NCBI GenBank assembly: GCA_963575745.1
Contig: CAUYUJ010000111.1
Coordinates: 1 to 64,000, forward strand
Reading direction: 5' to 3'
Source of the DNA: Prorocentrum cordatum
Lineage: Eukaryota
Length of the DNA stretch: 64,000 nt
Both the position numbers and the translations under genes were made by a program. Of the stretch, positions 38,761 through 51,434 are shown in pieces (position 1 is the stretch's first letter; each line of letters begins with the position of its first letter). Under the pieces are notes generated by a model. It was not told the origin of the DNA. It did no database searches and saw only the letters and a list, made by a program, of their open reading frames with translations.

Positions 38761-38828
38761 ATCAACAGAATGTCTGCTAAATATATTCACATGGTATGTT
38801 GGCATCCATTAGGAAATCGTAGTCTCAG
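38761..38828 (-). repeat. Right TIR
   Basis: GAAATCGTAGTCTCAG at 38813-38828, followed by TSD AGATATTT. Confidence 0.9.
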
Positions 38829-41800
38829 AGATATTTGAACATTCGTTTTAAGAATCCGTATTTTTCGCACCTGTAGTGGGTTATTACGCGCCGAGCAATG
38901 ACTTCTGAGGTCTGTAGGTGCAGTATTACTATCAAAACACTTGGCGAAACCGTCTTCGGATGGAATCATAAATCGTGATTTTTCGAATTTGTTGGGTCTT
39001 CCTCCCGACTCTCCCTGCATGTGTACTGAGAAGCGCCGTGCGAGAAAAAAGCTCTACGAGGACCCCGGTGGTAACCTGGTTGACGGTTTATCGCCGGTGC
39101 CCCGCCGGAGAATGTGCGAACTTTGGGTCGGTTGGACAAACTTCGTGAGAGATTTGAACATTCGTTTGAGGATCTGGTATTTTTCGCACCTGTAGTGGGT
39201 TATTTCGCGTTCGCCAATGAATTCTGAGGTCTGTAGGGGTAGTATTACTTTCAAAACACTTGGCGAAACTGTCTTCAGATGAAAACGTAAAAACGTGTTT
39301 TTTTGAGTGTTTGGGGATTTTCTTCCAGACTCTACCTGCATATGTACGGAGCAGGGGTCGTGCGAGAAAAGAGCTCTACGAGGGTCCCGGCGGTAATCTG
39401 GTTGACGGTTTACCGCCGGTTCCAGTTCGGGTTTTGGACGCTTACAAGTCGTTTTGAGAACGGGTATTTACCTCGTGGAGCTCTTCGGCGAGAGAGTCGA
39501 GGAATTCCGGCGCGGGGTGGAGCTAGTTGGCCGACCCGGCCTTAAGAGACAAAGTGGTGACTTTGGGTCGGTTTTAAGATTTGAAAGATATTTTACACTT
39601 CATTTTGAGAAACCAGATTTTTCTCACGTGTAGTGGTTATGACGCGCCCGCCAGTAAATTTTTTAGGTTCGTAGCTGCAATATTACTATCGAAAGATTTG
39701 TAGGAACCGATGTTCGATCGAAACTAAAAAAATCATGTTTTTTCGCATTTTTCGGCTCTCGCTTGAGAAGCTTTCTGATGTGTTCCGAGAAGCGCTGCAA
39801 CAAAAGAGCTCTGAGGTGCCCGGCGGTAACCTGGTTGACGGTTTACCGCCGGTTCCCATTTCTGACGTGTAGTAGGTTATGCCGCGACTGCAAGTTAAAT
39901 TCTCAGGTCCGTAGCTGCATTATCTCAAAACGCTTGCTGGAACCGACGGCCGTTTCGAGTCATGTTGACACGCATTTACTGCTTCTGTACTTATCTCGGT
40001 TGGACCGATGCAGAGCTGATGCTTACAGAAACGAAGTGGGAATCATGAGGCGCGTTCATCTGTTTGATCTACAGCTCTGAACTGGGTCTGCTGCTCGAGC
40101 TGGGTCCGAAAACTTATTTGTATTCTAATTAATTTTGACAAGTGTTGTCCGTTTTCTGTACTGAACTCGAGATATCTAAAAAATAAAATCTCAATGTGTA
40201 GTGGGCAGCGCCGCAGGAGAAAGCTCTACGAGGCTCCCGGTGGTAATCTGGTTGACGGTTTACCGACGGCTCCCAGTACCTCGTAGAGCTCTTTGGCAAG
40301 ATGAGCTGAGAGGAATTCGGGCGCAGGTAGGGCTAGTTGGCCGACCCGACCAAGAGACAATGTAGAGACTTGGGGTCGGTTATTCGACATGTGTGCAAAA
40401 TTTGAAAGTTCGTTTATAAACAGATATTTTTTCCAACCGTAGCGGGTAATGTCGCGTCTGCCAGTTAAATTCCCAGGTCTGTAGCTGTAATATTACTATC
40501 AAAAGACTCGAGGGAACCGTCGGCCGTTTCGAGTCATCTTGACACGCGTTGACGTACTTAACTCGAGATTTAGGACAGCTGCAGAGCTGATACTTACATA
40601 AACCGATTCAGAATGCTGAAGTGCGTTCGTCTGTGCCATCGAGAGGTCTCAACTCGGTCTGCGAGCTAGGCCCGCACAACTACTTGTAATATACGATCAT
40701 TTTGACGAGCGTTGTCGGTTTCCCTTAACTGAAGATTTGGAAGAGCTACAGAGCTGGCACGTACATAAACCCACCCAGTATGACCTGGCGCGATTTTTCT
40801 TGCATCGAAAGGTCCGATTTCGGTCTGGCAGCTAGGTCGACGAAGCGAAGATGCAAGATTAAAATAAAAAAAAACATATTTTCCGATATTTCGTCTTCAC
40901 GCTTGAGAAAGCTTCTTTCGTGTGCTTCGAGCAGCGCCGCGCCAGAATTGAGCTCTATGAGGCTCCCGGCGGTTACCTGGTCGACGGTTTACCGCCGGAT
41001 CCCAGCTCTCTCTGTGATCTCCGGGTTTTGGACGACGCCCAAGTGGACGCTACGAAGTATCTCGTAGAGCTCTTCGGCATCGATGAGCTAGAGAAATTCC
41101 GGCGCGGGGTGGAGCTAGTTGGCCAAATCGGTTCCGACGGACAATATGCAAACTTTGGGTCGGTTGGACGAGCTTTGTGAGAGATTTGAAAATTCGTTTC
41201 AAAAACCAGTATTTTTCGCACCTCTAGTGAGTTGTGTCGCGTCTGCCAATGAGTTCTGAGCTCGATAGCTGCATTATTACTATTAAAACAGCTCTCAGTT
41301 TTCTGTGCTTATCTTGAGCTATAGGTCAGCTACCAACCTGTTACGTACATAATCTGATTGAGAATCATCAGTGGCCGTTGTCTGTTCAATCCGCACTTGG
41401 TCTGTTGCCTAATCTAGAATCGCAAAACTATTCGTATTGTTCGAATGATCTAGAGAGATGCTGTCGGTTCTCTGCACTTATCTCGGGCTGTAGGGGGCTG
41501 CATGGCTGGTAATGATTGGAATCAATTCAGAGACATCAGGCGCGTCCGCCTTTCGAATCCAGAGCTCCGAACTCTGTCTGCTGCTCGAACTAGGTCCGCG
41601 AAGCTATTCGTATTGTTCGAGTCATCCTGAGAGGTGCTGTCCGTTTGCTGCACTTTACTCAGGCTGTAGGGGGGCTGTTCGGCTGGTAATCACAGGAATC
41701 GATTCAGAGACATGAGACGCGTCCGCCTGTCGCATGCAGAAGTCTGAACTCGGTCTGATACTCGAGCTAGATTTGCAAAACTATTCGTATTGTTCGAGTG

Positions 41801-43230
41801 ATCTTGAGTTGTGTTGTTGATTTACACACGTAAGTCGGGCTGTAGGAGAGCTACAGAGCTCGTGCAGAAGACAATTCAGACGCATCCGGAACGTCGGCTG
41901 TTGCATCGGAGAGGTTTGAAATTGCTTGGGCTGAAAAACTTTTTTTTCGGTGTAATTTTTTCGACATTATTTGTTGTCAGGAAGCTCTACGAGTCCCCCG
42001 GCGGTAACAAAGGTTGAGGGTTTACCGCCGGCGCCCAGTTTGAAAATTCGTTTCAAGAACCAGTATTTTTTGCACCTCTGGTGAGTTGTGTCGCGTCTGC
42101 CAATGAATTCTAAGCTCGATAGCTGCATTATTACTATTAAAACACTTGGCGGAACCGTCGCTTGGAAAAAACCTACTTTTTCGTAGCGTAAAAACTTCTC
42201 TCACGTGTTCGAAGCAGCGCCGTGCGAGAAAAGAGCTCTACGAGGCTCGCGGTGGTAACCTGGTTGACGGTTCGCTGCCGGCTTCCAGTGGACGCTACCA
42301 AGTTGGCAAGAAAAATCGACGGAACTTTTGCTCACTTTTGGTGGGCGGGATCAGCAATTTCGAGTCATCTTGATACGCGTTGTCGGTTTTCTCAAGATAA
42401 CTCGAGCTTTAGGACAGATACAGAGCTGGTAACACAGCCAGTCGATTCAGAATGATCAGGCGTATTCGCCTGTTGAACCCAGAGGTCTGAACTCGGCATG
42501 CTGTGCGCAAACCTAATCGTACTGTTTAAGTCATACGCTTGGTTTTCTGTACTTAACTCGAGATATAGGACAGCTACAGAGCTGATAATTACATAAACCG
42601 ATTCAGAATCATCAGTGGCCGTTGTTTGTTGAATCCACAGCTCTGAACTTGGTCTGCTGCCCAATCTAGAATCGCGAAACTATTCGTATTGTTCGAGTGA
42701 TCTAGAGAGATGCTGTCGGTTCTCTGCACTTATCTCGGGCTGTAGGGGGCTGCATGGCTGGTAATGACTGGAATCGATTCAGAGACATCAGGCGCGTCCG
42801 CCTTTCGAATCCAGAGCTCCGAACTCTGTCTGCTGCCCGAACTAGGTCCGCGAAACCATTTGTATTGTTCGAGTTATCCTGAGAGGTGCTGTCGGTTTTC
42901 TGCACTTAACTCGGGCTCTGGGGGGCTGCAGGGCTGGTAATCACAGGAATCGATTCAGAGACTCAGACACGTCCGCCTGTCGCATGTAAAGGTCTGAACT
43001 CGGTGTCATCAGATACTGTCGATTTACGCGCGTAACTCGGGCTGTAGAAGAGCTACAGAGCTCATACAGAAGACAGTCCAGAAGCATCGGAGGCGTTCGG
43101 CTGTTGCATCCGAGAGGTTTGAAATTGCTTGGGAAGAAACATAATTTTTCAGTGTTTTTTTTGGACATTATATGTTGTCAGGAAGCTGTGCGAGTCCCCC
43201 GGCGGTAACAAAGGTTGACGGTTTACCGCC
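38829..43230. repeat. Satellite block, more diverged and rich in stem-loop modules
   Basis: At least 7 stem-loop copies plus runs of ~177 bp monomers at ~41300-41950 and ~42360-43150. Confidence 0.85.
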
Positions 43231-43448
43231 TCCTCTCCTTGTCCAATCATATGGGAAGTAGTAGGGCGTTGTGCACAGGCACTCCCCTCCCATAGCAGTA
43301 TCACTGACGCTGAGCTTTCGGGTCTCGAGGGCCTCTTGCGGGCCGCAGCCCAGGTGGCCCAAGACCTCCAGCTGCAGAGAGACTAGGTAGGCACTTAACG
43401 GGCGCTGGGGCGCTCGGTGCCTGGTCAACCTCCCCCCCCAAAAAAAAA
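43231..43448 (+). mobile_element. Severely 5'-truncated (~220 bp) copy of retroelement family A
   Basis: Near-identical to 6943-7159, with a poly(A) tail. 24 bp TSD AACAAAGGTTGACGGTTTACCGCC at 43207-43230 and 43449-43472. GCC microhomology at the 5' junction. Confidence 0.92.
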
Positions 43449-44750
43449 AACAAAGGTTGACGGTTTACCGCCGGCGCCCAGTTGGCAAGACAAATCTCGA
43501 CGGAACTTTTGCTGACTTTTGGTCGGTTGAAAATTTTGTTCTCGAAATTCAACAATCGTTTGAGCTCTAGTACTTTTTCCCGTGATATTCGATCTTATCC
43601 CCGCTCGCCATCTTGATCTCAGCTCGATCGGGTGAATATGACTATCGAAAAGCACTGTGGCGGGATCGGCCGGTTTGAGTCATCTTGATACGCGCTGACG
43701 GGTTTCTGAACATAACTCGAGCTCTAGAACAGCTACAGAGCTGGTAAGCACGGCTAATCGATGTAGAATGATCAGGCGCGTTCGCCTGTTGAATCGAGAG
43801 GTCTGAACTCGGTCTGTTAGCCGAGCTAGGTCCTCAAACTTATTCGTATTATTCGAGTCCTCTTGACAGGAACTCTTGGTTTTCTGTACTCAACTCGAGC
43901 TGTAGGACAGCTACAGAGCTGATGACTCGTAGAGCTTCCCTGAGAGCGCAGCGGCGAAGCTTAAGAGTAATTCGAAAACGCTGGCAGGCTAGTTGGCTCG
44001 AAAAATCTCGACTGAACTTTTCACAACTTTGGCTCGGTTGAAAATTATGTTCTCGAAATTCAGCAACTCGTTTGAGCTCTTGTATTTTTTCCCGTGATAT
44101 TCGATCTTATTCCCGCTCGCCATCTTGATCTCAGCTCGATCGGGTGGGTATTACTATCGAAAAGCGTCATGGCGGGATCGGCCGTTTCGAGTCATCTTGA
44201 TACGCGCTGTCGATTTTATCAAGATAACTCGAGCTTCAGGACAGCTACAGAGCTGGTGAGCACAGCTAATCGATGCAGAATGATCAGGCGCGTTCGCTTG
44301 TTGAAACCAGAGGTCTGAACTCGGTCTGCTGGCCGAGCTAGGTCCGCAAACCTATTCGTATTATTCGAGTCATCTTGACATAAACTCTCGGTTTTCTGTT
44401 CTTAACTCGAGCTGCAGGACAGCTACGTAGCTGATACGTACAGAATCCGATTCCGAATCATCAGTGGCCGTTGTCTGTTGAATCCAGAGCTCTGAACTCG
44501 GTCTGCTGCCCCATCTAGAATCGCGAAACTATTCGTATTGTTTGAGTCGCTTGCGAGATGCTGTCGGTTCTCTGCACTTAACTCGGGCTGTAGGGGGGCT
44601 GCATGGCTGGTAATCACTGGAATCGATTCGGAGACATCAGGCGCGTTCGCCTGCGGAATCTAGAGCTCCGAACTCGGTCTGTTGCCCGAACTAGGTCCGC
44701 GAAGCTATTCGTATTGTTCGAGTCATCCTGAGAGGTGCTGTCGGTTTTCT
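43449..44750. repeat. Satellite block
   Basis: Head module plus ~177 bp monomers. Confidence 0.85.
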
Positions 44751-47026
44751 GGGGCAAGCATGAGAATGCTTGTGTGGGAGTTCTTGACGTTGAGTGCGCC
44801 TTCGACAACATCACGATACCGATGGCAGATAGAGCGATGCATGATATCAACGTTGACCCAGAGCTGGCGTATGCGATCCTGGAGCAGAATGCAGATGTAA
44901 CAGCGACGTTTCGATTTGGTCCAGTGGAGTCAGAGAGCTTACCGTGGAGCTCATGTATTAAAACGGGATCCCTTGAGGGCCCTGATATCTGGAATATTGT
45001 TACGATTGCTTGTCTGGGCAAGGTTCTCTTGGACTGGGAACGAAAAGGTATAGGCCTGAAGCTGTCACATGAGGCTGCTTCTATTGCTATCTCACACTTC
45101 ATTTGGGCGGATAACTTTGTTTTGATTGCTGACTCCAGACCAGCACTGAGGGAGATGATCTGGCAGCTCACTGTACCACTGCATGCATGGGGACTCAGAT
45201 GGAAGCCTACCTCGCTTGAGTATATGGATGTTGGGGCGCTGAAAAATGTGTTCGACCCGCTGGTGGTCACCTTGACACCACCAGGATTGGAGAGACTGGG
45301 AAGTTCCAGCTCAGTTGTGTCGCCATCTGAAGCTGTCAACCAGACCATTGTGGAACTCAAGCAGGTTGATGAGATCATCGTCTTGGGCACAAAGCTGAAT
45401 AGAACACTGGATGATTATCACGATATTCGATACAGACTGCAAAAAGGCATCACAGCATTTTGGCGAGACCGACGATATTATCAGAGTATGGTCATTCCTT
45501 GGCGACGTAAAATCAAAAGATATGATGCAAGAGTGAGAGTTCAAATCCTTTATGGAGTTGAGGGTTCATCTTCTGATATTGGCGTACTGAGACTTCTACA
45601 CAAAGAGGAGGGTAAGATGCTCTCTCGTATGTGCTGGCGTCAGAAGCGCAATGGAGAGAGTTTTGCGACTTTCATGACACGTATGTTTCGACGTGGGCGC
45701 TTGATGCTACACAAGGAAGGGAAACCGTCCTTGGTCCAGCTGTACCTGCACAGGCAGTTCATGTGGGCCAAGGACGTTGCCACGGAGTGCTTTGAGAATA
45801 TGGCAGGCTCGCTGCAGGACTTGTGTATCTCTGCAACGGGAGGGTCTCAGCTGATTGGGAAGAGCATGGAGGAGGAGATGATGGAGATGGAGGTGGAGGA
45901 GTCAAACACGAGGAAGAGGAAGAGTGCTCTCATCAGGGAGGTAAAACGAGCTCGTGAAGGGGAGTCCCTGAACACGTCCAGGTTGCAGGTTGGGGCCCAG
46001 GAGAAGCAGGTTCGTTTTCCAGGGAGAAAGCTCCGTTTTCGTGAAGGGGAGCATGTTGACCGAGGTGCTCAGAGTAGGCTTCTCATGCTGCATGCAGGTT
46101 TTGAATGGACTAATAGGCGGGATGACTTTATTGCGACCCTGGACACACAGAGCGCACGGGAGGTGACGAGAGCCAGGGGACAGTCTACTAATCTTCTGGG
46201 TATGTGTCCGTGGGCCAGAGTGTTCGAAGAGGTGGCGGGGAAGTACTGGATCGACGGTATTGCTTGGGATGAGGCTAGCTGGATATTCTTTGTGAGGACT
46301 GTCTTGAAGGACGCTCCTGAGATGTTGAACCTTTGCGTATTGAAAGACCCCGTGCCCTGGAAGGAATCGGAGGAGGAGGAGATGACTAAGAAGCAGGAGG
46401 ACCCAGATAAGTTGGCCAAGCGTCTCATTGCTATATTCCAGGACCATACTGAATTTGAGTTCGTGCCAGGGAAGATCTCTGTGGAACTGATGGGGGATTC
46501 GCAATGTGTGATCAGGTGGTTGGAGGGCTTGAGTAGTATCACTAATAGAAAGTATGCTAACTGTGTGATGTGGGCGCAGGACACTACAAACGACCTAGCC
46601 GACAGATGCGGACTACGAGCTGCCAATTTAGGACGGAATGTGTGGAAATGGGTATATAGGGAGGGTAATACTCGTGCCGATGAATTAACGTGGGCCGCGC
46701 GGAGAGGTGAATGTTTCGAACATTATGATACTTGTTTTCTTCAGGACGTGAAAGATTGTAAAGTTGTGATCTCGGGGATCAAAGGAGGCTTTGATGGTGG
46801 GAGATCGTGTCTTGGTGTAGGCTGTGGCTGGTATCTGGATTGTCATGTGTATAGTGCTCTCCCCTCCTCTTCTTACTATAATCTGACTGGCTGGCGCCAG
46901 AATGTAGGTCTCAAAAGCTTCCTCCTCCCAGCACAATGCACTATCACAGAGGCTGAGCTTGAAGCTGCCCGAGAGCTCCTTTTAGGAGTGGTGCATGTCC
47001 TGAGTTTGTCAGGATATCCCCTGTAG
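44750..47026 (+). pseudogene. Truncated ORF2: RT (C-terminal part) plus permuted RNase H
   Basis: LDVECAFD, IKTGSLEGP, FIWADN, VLG; GDSQCVIRW, YREGNTRADEL, GFDGG, TITEAELEAA. Confidence 0.88.
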
Positions 47027-47085
47027 GACTGGGTCTGGGGCTCCTAAGGAGCTTAACCCTGCCAGGACCCGCCCAGAAGCGCCAG
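44751..47085 (+). mobile_element. 5'-truncated non-LTR retrotransposon (family C)
   Basis: Begins inside RT (WGK..LDVECAFD). The 3' end abuts AAGAAAGGTTCACGGTTTACCGCCGG at 47086. No TSD, and the left arm of the target is missing. Confidence 0.88.
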
Positions 47086-50000
47086 AAGAAAGGTTCACGG
47101 TTTACCGCCGGCGCCCAGTATTTAGAGAACCCGATTCAGAATCATCAGTTGCGTTTGTCTGTCGAATCCAGAGCTCTGAACTCGGTATGCTGCCCGATCT
47201 AGAATCGCGAAGCTATTCGTATTGGTCGAGTTATCTTGAGAAGCGCTCTCGGTTTCCTTGACTCAACTCGCGCTGAGGCTACAGTGCTGGTGGTCGCAGG
47301 AATCGATTTGAAGACATCAGGCGCGTCTGCCTGGCGAATCCAGAGCTCGGAACTCGGTAGCTTAAGAGTATTCCGCGGCGCAGGAAGCTAGTTGGCAAGA
47401 ACAATCTCGACGGAACTTTTGGTGACTTTTGGTCGGTTGAAAATTTTGTTCTCGAAATTCAACAAGTCGTTTGAGCTCTAGTATTTTTTCCGTGATATTC
47501 GATCTTTTTCCCGCTCGCCATCTTGATCTCAGCTCGATCGGGTGAATATTACTATCGAAAAGCACTGTGGCGGGATCGGCCGGTTTGCGTCATCTTGATA
47601 CGCGCTGACGGTTTTCTGAACATAACTCGAGCTTTAGGACTGCTAAAGATCTGATAAGCACAGCTAATCGATATAGAATGATTAGGCGCGTTCGCCCGTT
47701 GAATCCAGAGGTCTGAACTCGGTCTGTTAGCCGAGCTAGGTCCGCAAACCTATTTGTATTATTCGAGTCATCTTGACAGAAACTCTCGGTTTTCTGTGCT
47801 CAACTCGAGCTGTAGGACAGCTACAGAGCTGATATTTACAGAAACCGATTCAGAATCATCAGTTGCATTTGTCTGTCGAATCCAGAGCTCTGAACTCGGT
47901 CTGCTGCCCGATCTAGAATCGCGAAACTATTCGTATTGGTCGAGTCACCTTGAGAAGTGCTCTCGGTTTTCTTCACTGAACTCGCTGAGCTGGCTACAGT
48001 GCTGGTGGTCACAGGAATCGATTTGAAGACATCAGGCGCGTCCACCTGTCGAATCCAAAGCTCGGAACTCGGTCTGCTGCCCGAATTAGGCATGCGAAAC
48101 TACTGTATTTGTTCGAGTCATCCTGAGAGGTGCTGTCGGTTTTCTGCACTTAACTTGGGCTGTAGGGGCGCTGCAGGGCTGGTAATGACAGGAGTCGATT
48201 CGCAGACATCAGACGCGTCCGTCTCTCGCATTCAGAGGTTAAAAACTATTCACTATGAGTGGGAATGTTGGTAGGTGCTGTCGGTTTTCTCAACTTAAGT
48301 CGAGCTAGGAAGCTCTACGAGTCTCCCGGCGGTAACCAAGGTTGACGGTTTACCGCCGGCGCCCAGTTCCGGCGCGGGGTGGAGCTAGTAACTCGTAGAG
48401 CTTCCCTTAGCAAGTTATTGCTGGAAGCTTAAGAGTAATTCCGGGGCGCTGGAGAGCTAGTAACTCGTAGAGCTTCCCTTAGCAAGTTATTGCTGGAAGC
48501 TAAGAGTAATTCCGGCGCGCTGGAGAGCTAGTTGGCCAGAAAAATCTCGACGGAACTTTTGCTGACTTTTGGTCGGTTGAAAATTTTGTTCTCGAAATTC
48601 AACCATTCGTTAGAGCTCTAGTATTTTTTCCCGTGATATTCGATCTTATTCCCGCTCGCCATCTCGATCTCAGCTCGATCGGGTGAATATTACTATCGAA
48701 AAGCACTGTGGCGGGATCGGCCGGTTCGAGTCATCTTGATACGCGCTGACGGTTTTCTGAACATAACTCGAGCTTCAGGACAGCTACAGAGCTGGCAAGC
48801 ACAGCTAATCGATGTAGAATGATCAGGCGCGTTCGCCTGTTGAATCCAGAGGTCTGAACTCGGTCTGTTAGCCGAGCTAGGTCCGCAAACCTATTCGTAT
48901 TATTCGAGTAATCTTGACATAAACTCTTGGTTTTCTGTTCTTAACTCGAGCTGTAGGACAGCTACAGAGCTGATAGTTACAGTAACCGATTCAGAATCAT
49001 CAGTTGCGTTTGTCTGTCGAATCCAGAGCTCTGAACTCGGTCTGCTGTCCGATCTAGAATCGCGAAACTATTCGTATTGGTCGAGTCATCTTGAGAAGTG
49101 CTCTCGGTTTTCTGCACTTAACTCGCGCTGACGGGGGCCACAGTGCTGGTGGTCACAGGAATCGATTAGAAGACATCAGGCGCGTCCGCCTTTCGCGGAA
49201 CTCGGTCTGCTGCCGAAATTAGGTCTGCGAAACTACTGTATTGTTCGAGTCATCCTGAGAGGTGCTGTCGGTTTTCTGCATTAACTTGGGCTGTAGGGGG
49301 GTTGCAGGGCTGCTAGTCACTGGAATCGATTCGGAGACATCTGACGCGTCCGCCTGTCGCATTCAGAGGTCAAAAAATGTTCATTATAATTCGGAGTGTT
49401 AATAGGTGCTGTCGGTTTTCTCAACTTAAGTCGAGCTAGGAAGCTCTACGAGTCTCCCGGCGGTAACCAAGGTTGACGGTTTACCGCCGGCGCCCAGTTG
49501 GCAAGAAAAATCTCGACGGACCTTTTGCTGACTTTTGGTCGGTTGAAAATTTTGTTCTCGAAATTCAACAATTCGTTTGAGCTCTAGTATTTTTTCCCGT
49601 GATATTCGATCTTATTCCCGCTCGCCATCTTGATCTCAGCTCGATCGGGTACCTTTTACTGTCAAAAAGCAGGCAGGCGGGATCGGCCGTTTCAAGTCAT
49701 CTTGACACGCGATGACGGTTACCTGAACATAACTCGAGCTTTAGCACAGCTACAGAGCTGGTAAGCACAGCTAATCGATTCAGAATGATCAGGCGCGTTC
49801 GCCTGTTGAATCTAGAGGTCTGAACTCGGTCTTCTAGCCGAGCTAGGTCCGCAAACCTATTCGTATTATTCGAGTCATCTTGACAGACGCTCTCGGTTTT
49901 CTGTACTTAACTCGAGCTACAGGACAGCTACAGAGCTGATACTTACAGAAACCGATTCAGAATCATCAGTCGCATTTGTCTGCTGAATCCAGAGCTCTGA

Positions 50001-51413
50001 ACTCGGTCTGCTGCCCGATCTAGAATCGCGAAACTTTTCGTATTGTTCGAGTCATCTTGAAAGTGCTCTCGGTTTTCTGCACTGAACTCGAGCTGGGGGG
50101 TGGCTACAGTGCTGGTGGTCACAGGGATCGATTTGAAGACATCAGGCGCGTCCGCCTGTCGAATCCAGAGCTCGGAAGTCGGTCTGCTGCCCGAACTAGG
50201 TCCGCGAAACTATTGTATTGTTCGAGTCATCCTGAGAGGTGCTTTCGGTTTTCTGCACTTAACTCGGGCTGTAGGGGGGCTGCAGGGCTGCTGGTGATCA
50301 CAGGAGTCGATTCGCAGGCATCAGACGCGTCCGCCTGTCGAATCCAGAGCTCGGAACTCGGTCTGCTGCCCGAACTAGGTCCGCGAAACTATTGGTTTTG
50401 TTAGAGTCATCTTGAGAGGTGCTGTCGATTTACGCACGTAACTCGGGCTGTAGGAGAGCTACAGAGCTCGCAAATAAGACAATCCAAAAGCATCGGGGGC
50501 GTTCGGCTGTTGCATTGAGAGGTCTGAAAACATTATATATTGTCAGGAAGCTCTACGAGTCCCCCGGCGGTAAGGAAGGTTGACGGTTTACCGCCGGCGC
50601 CCAGTTAGTCGACCCGGCCAGAAAAGAAGATGTGATAACTTTGGGTTGGTTTTGCGAATATTTGAAAGATATTTGACAATTCATTTTAAGAAAGCAGATT
50701 TCTACTCCGAGCATTAGTATCTTATCTTCATTCTGCGAGCAGCTCAGCTCTCTCGAGAGAATTTTATTATCCAAACATTTGGAGGAACCGACGTCACGTT
50801 GACGCCCACAAATAATGCAAATACGATGTTTTTCTAGAAATACTCTGAGAAGCGATCTGCTTTGAAGCTGAGCATTCTTACGCGTGCAAGGAGCTCTACG
50901 AGGTTCCCGGCGGTGGCCAGGTTGACGGTTCACCGCCGGCGCCAGTACCTCGTAAAGCTCTTCGCCATCGATGAGCTAGAGGAATTCCGGCGCGGGGTGG
51001 AGCTAGTTGGCCCACCCGGCCGAGGCGGACAATGTGACAACTTTTGGGTGGTTTTGCGAATATTTGAAAGATATTTGATAATCAATTTTGAGAAACCAGA
51101 TTTTTCGCACCTGTAGTGGGTTTTGCCGCGTCTGCCAGTAAAATTTTCAGGTCTGTAGGTGCAGTATTACTATCAAAAGACTTGGGGGAACCGACGTTCA
51201 GTAAAAGCAGAAAAACGTGTTTTTTTGAGTTTTTTCTTCCTCGCTCCAGAAGCTTTCTCTCCGTGTTCCGACGATCGCCGTGCAGGACTAGAGCTCTACG
51301 AGGTTCCCGGCGGTAGCCAGGTTGACGGGTACCGCCGGTTTCAGTTCCCCGCAGAAGCTCCGGCGAGCCGGACACGTGTCCGGGAGAGCTGCCGGCAGAG
51401 CTCTACGAGGTTC
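47086..51413. repeat. Satellite block (three to four higher-order units)
   Basis: Monomer anchors at 48728, 48906 and 49083 (spacing 178, 177); stem-loops at 48326, 49458, 50564, 50907 and 51307. Confidence 0.9.
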
Positions 51414-51434
51414 CCGTAGCCATTTTGGCTCAAG
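51414..51434 (+). other. Retroposed dinoflagellate spliced leader (DinoSL)
   Basis: CCGTAGCCATTTTGGCTCAAG matches the 21 invariant nt of DCCGUAGCCAUUUUGGCUCAAG and is not followed by GT. Confidence 0.95.

Larger units (their letters stand above)
7594..38828 (+). mobile_element. Giant (31,235 bp) TIR DNA transposon, hAT-like, carrying cargo genes
   Basis: TIR CTGAGACTACGATTTC (7594-7609) matches GAAATCGTAGTCTCAG (38813-38828). TSD AGATATTT at 7586-7593 and 38829-38836. Removing the element restores a satellite module. The interior is more GC-rich and contains no satellite. Confidence 0.9.

Noticed and set aside
7594..38828. Polinton/Maverick, endogenous virus, DIRS or LTR element
   Set aside because: No polB, capsid, integrase, tyrosine recombinase, RT or LTRs were recognised. 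Short TIRs with an 8 bp TSD fit a cut-and-paste element.
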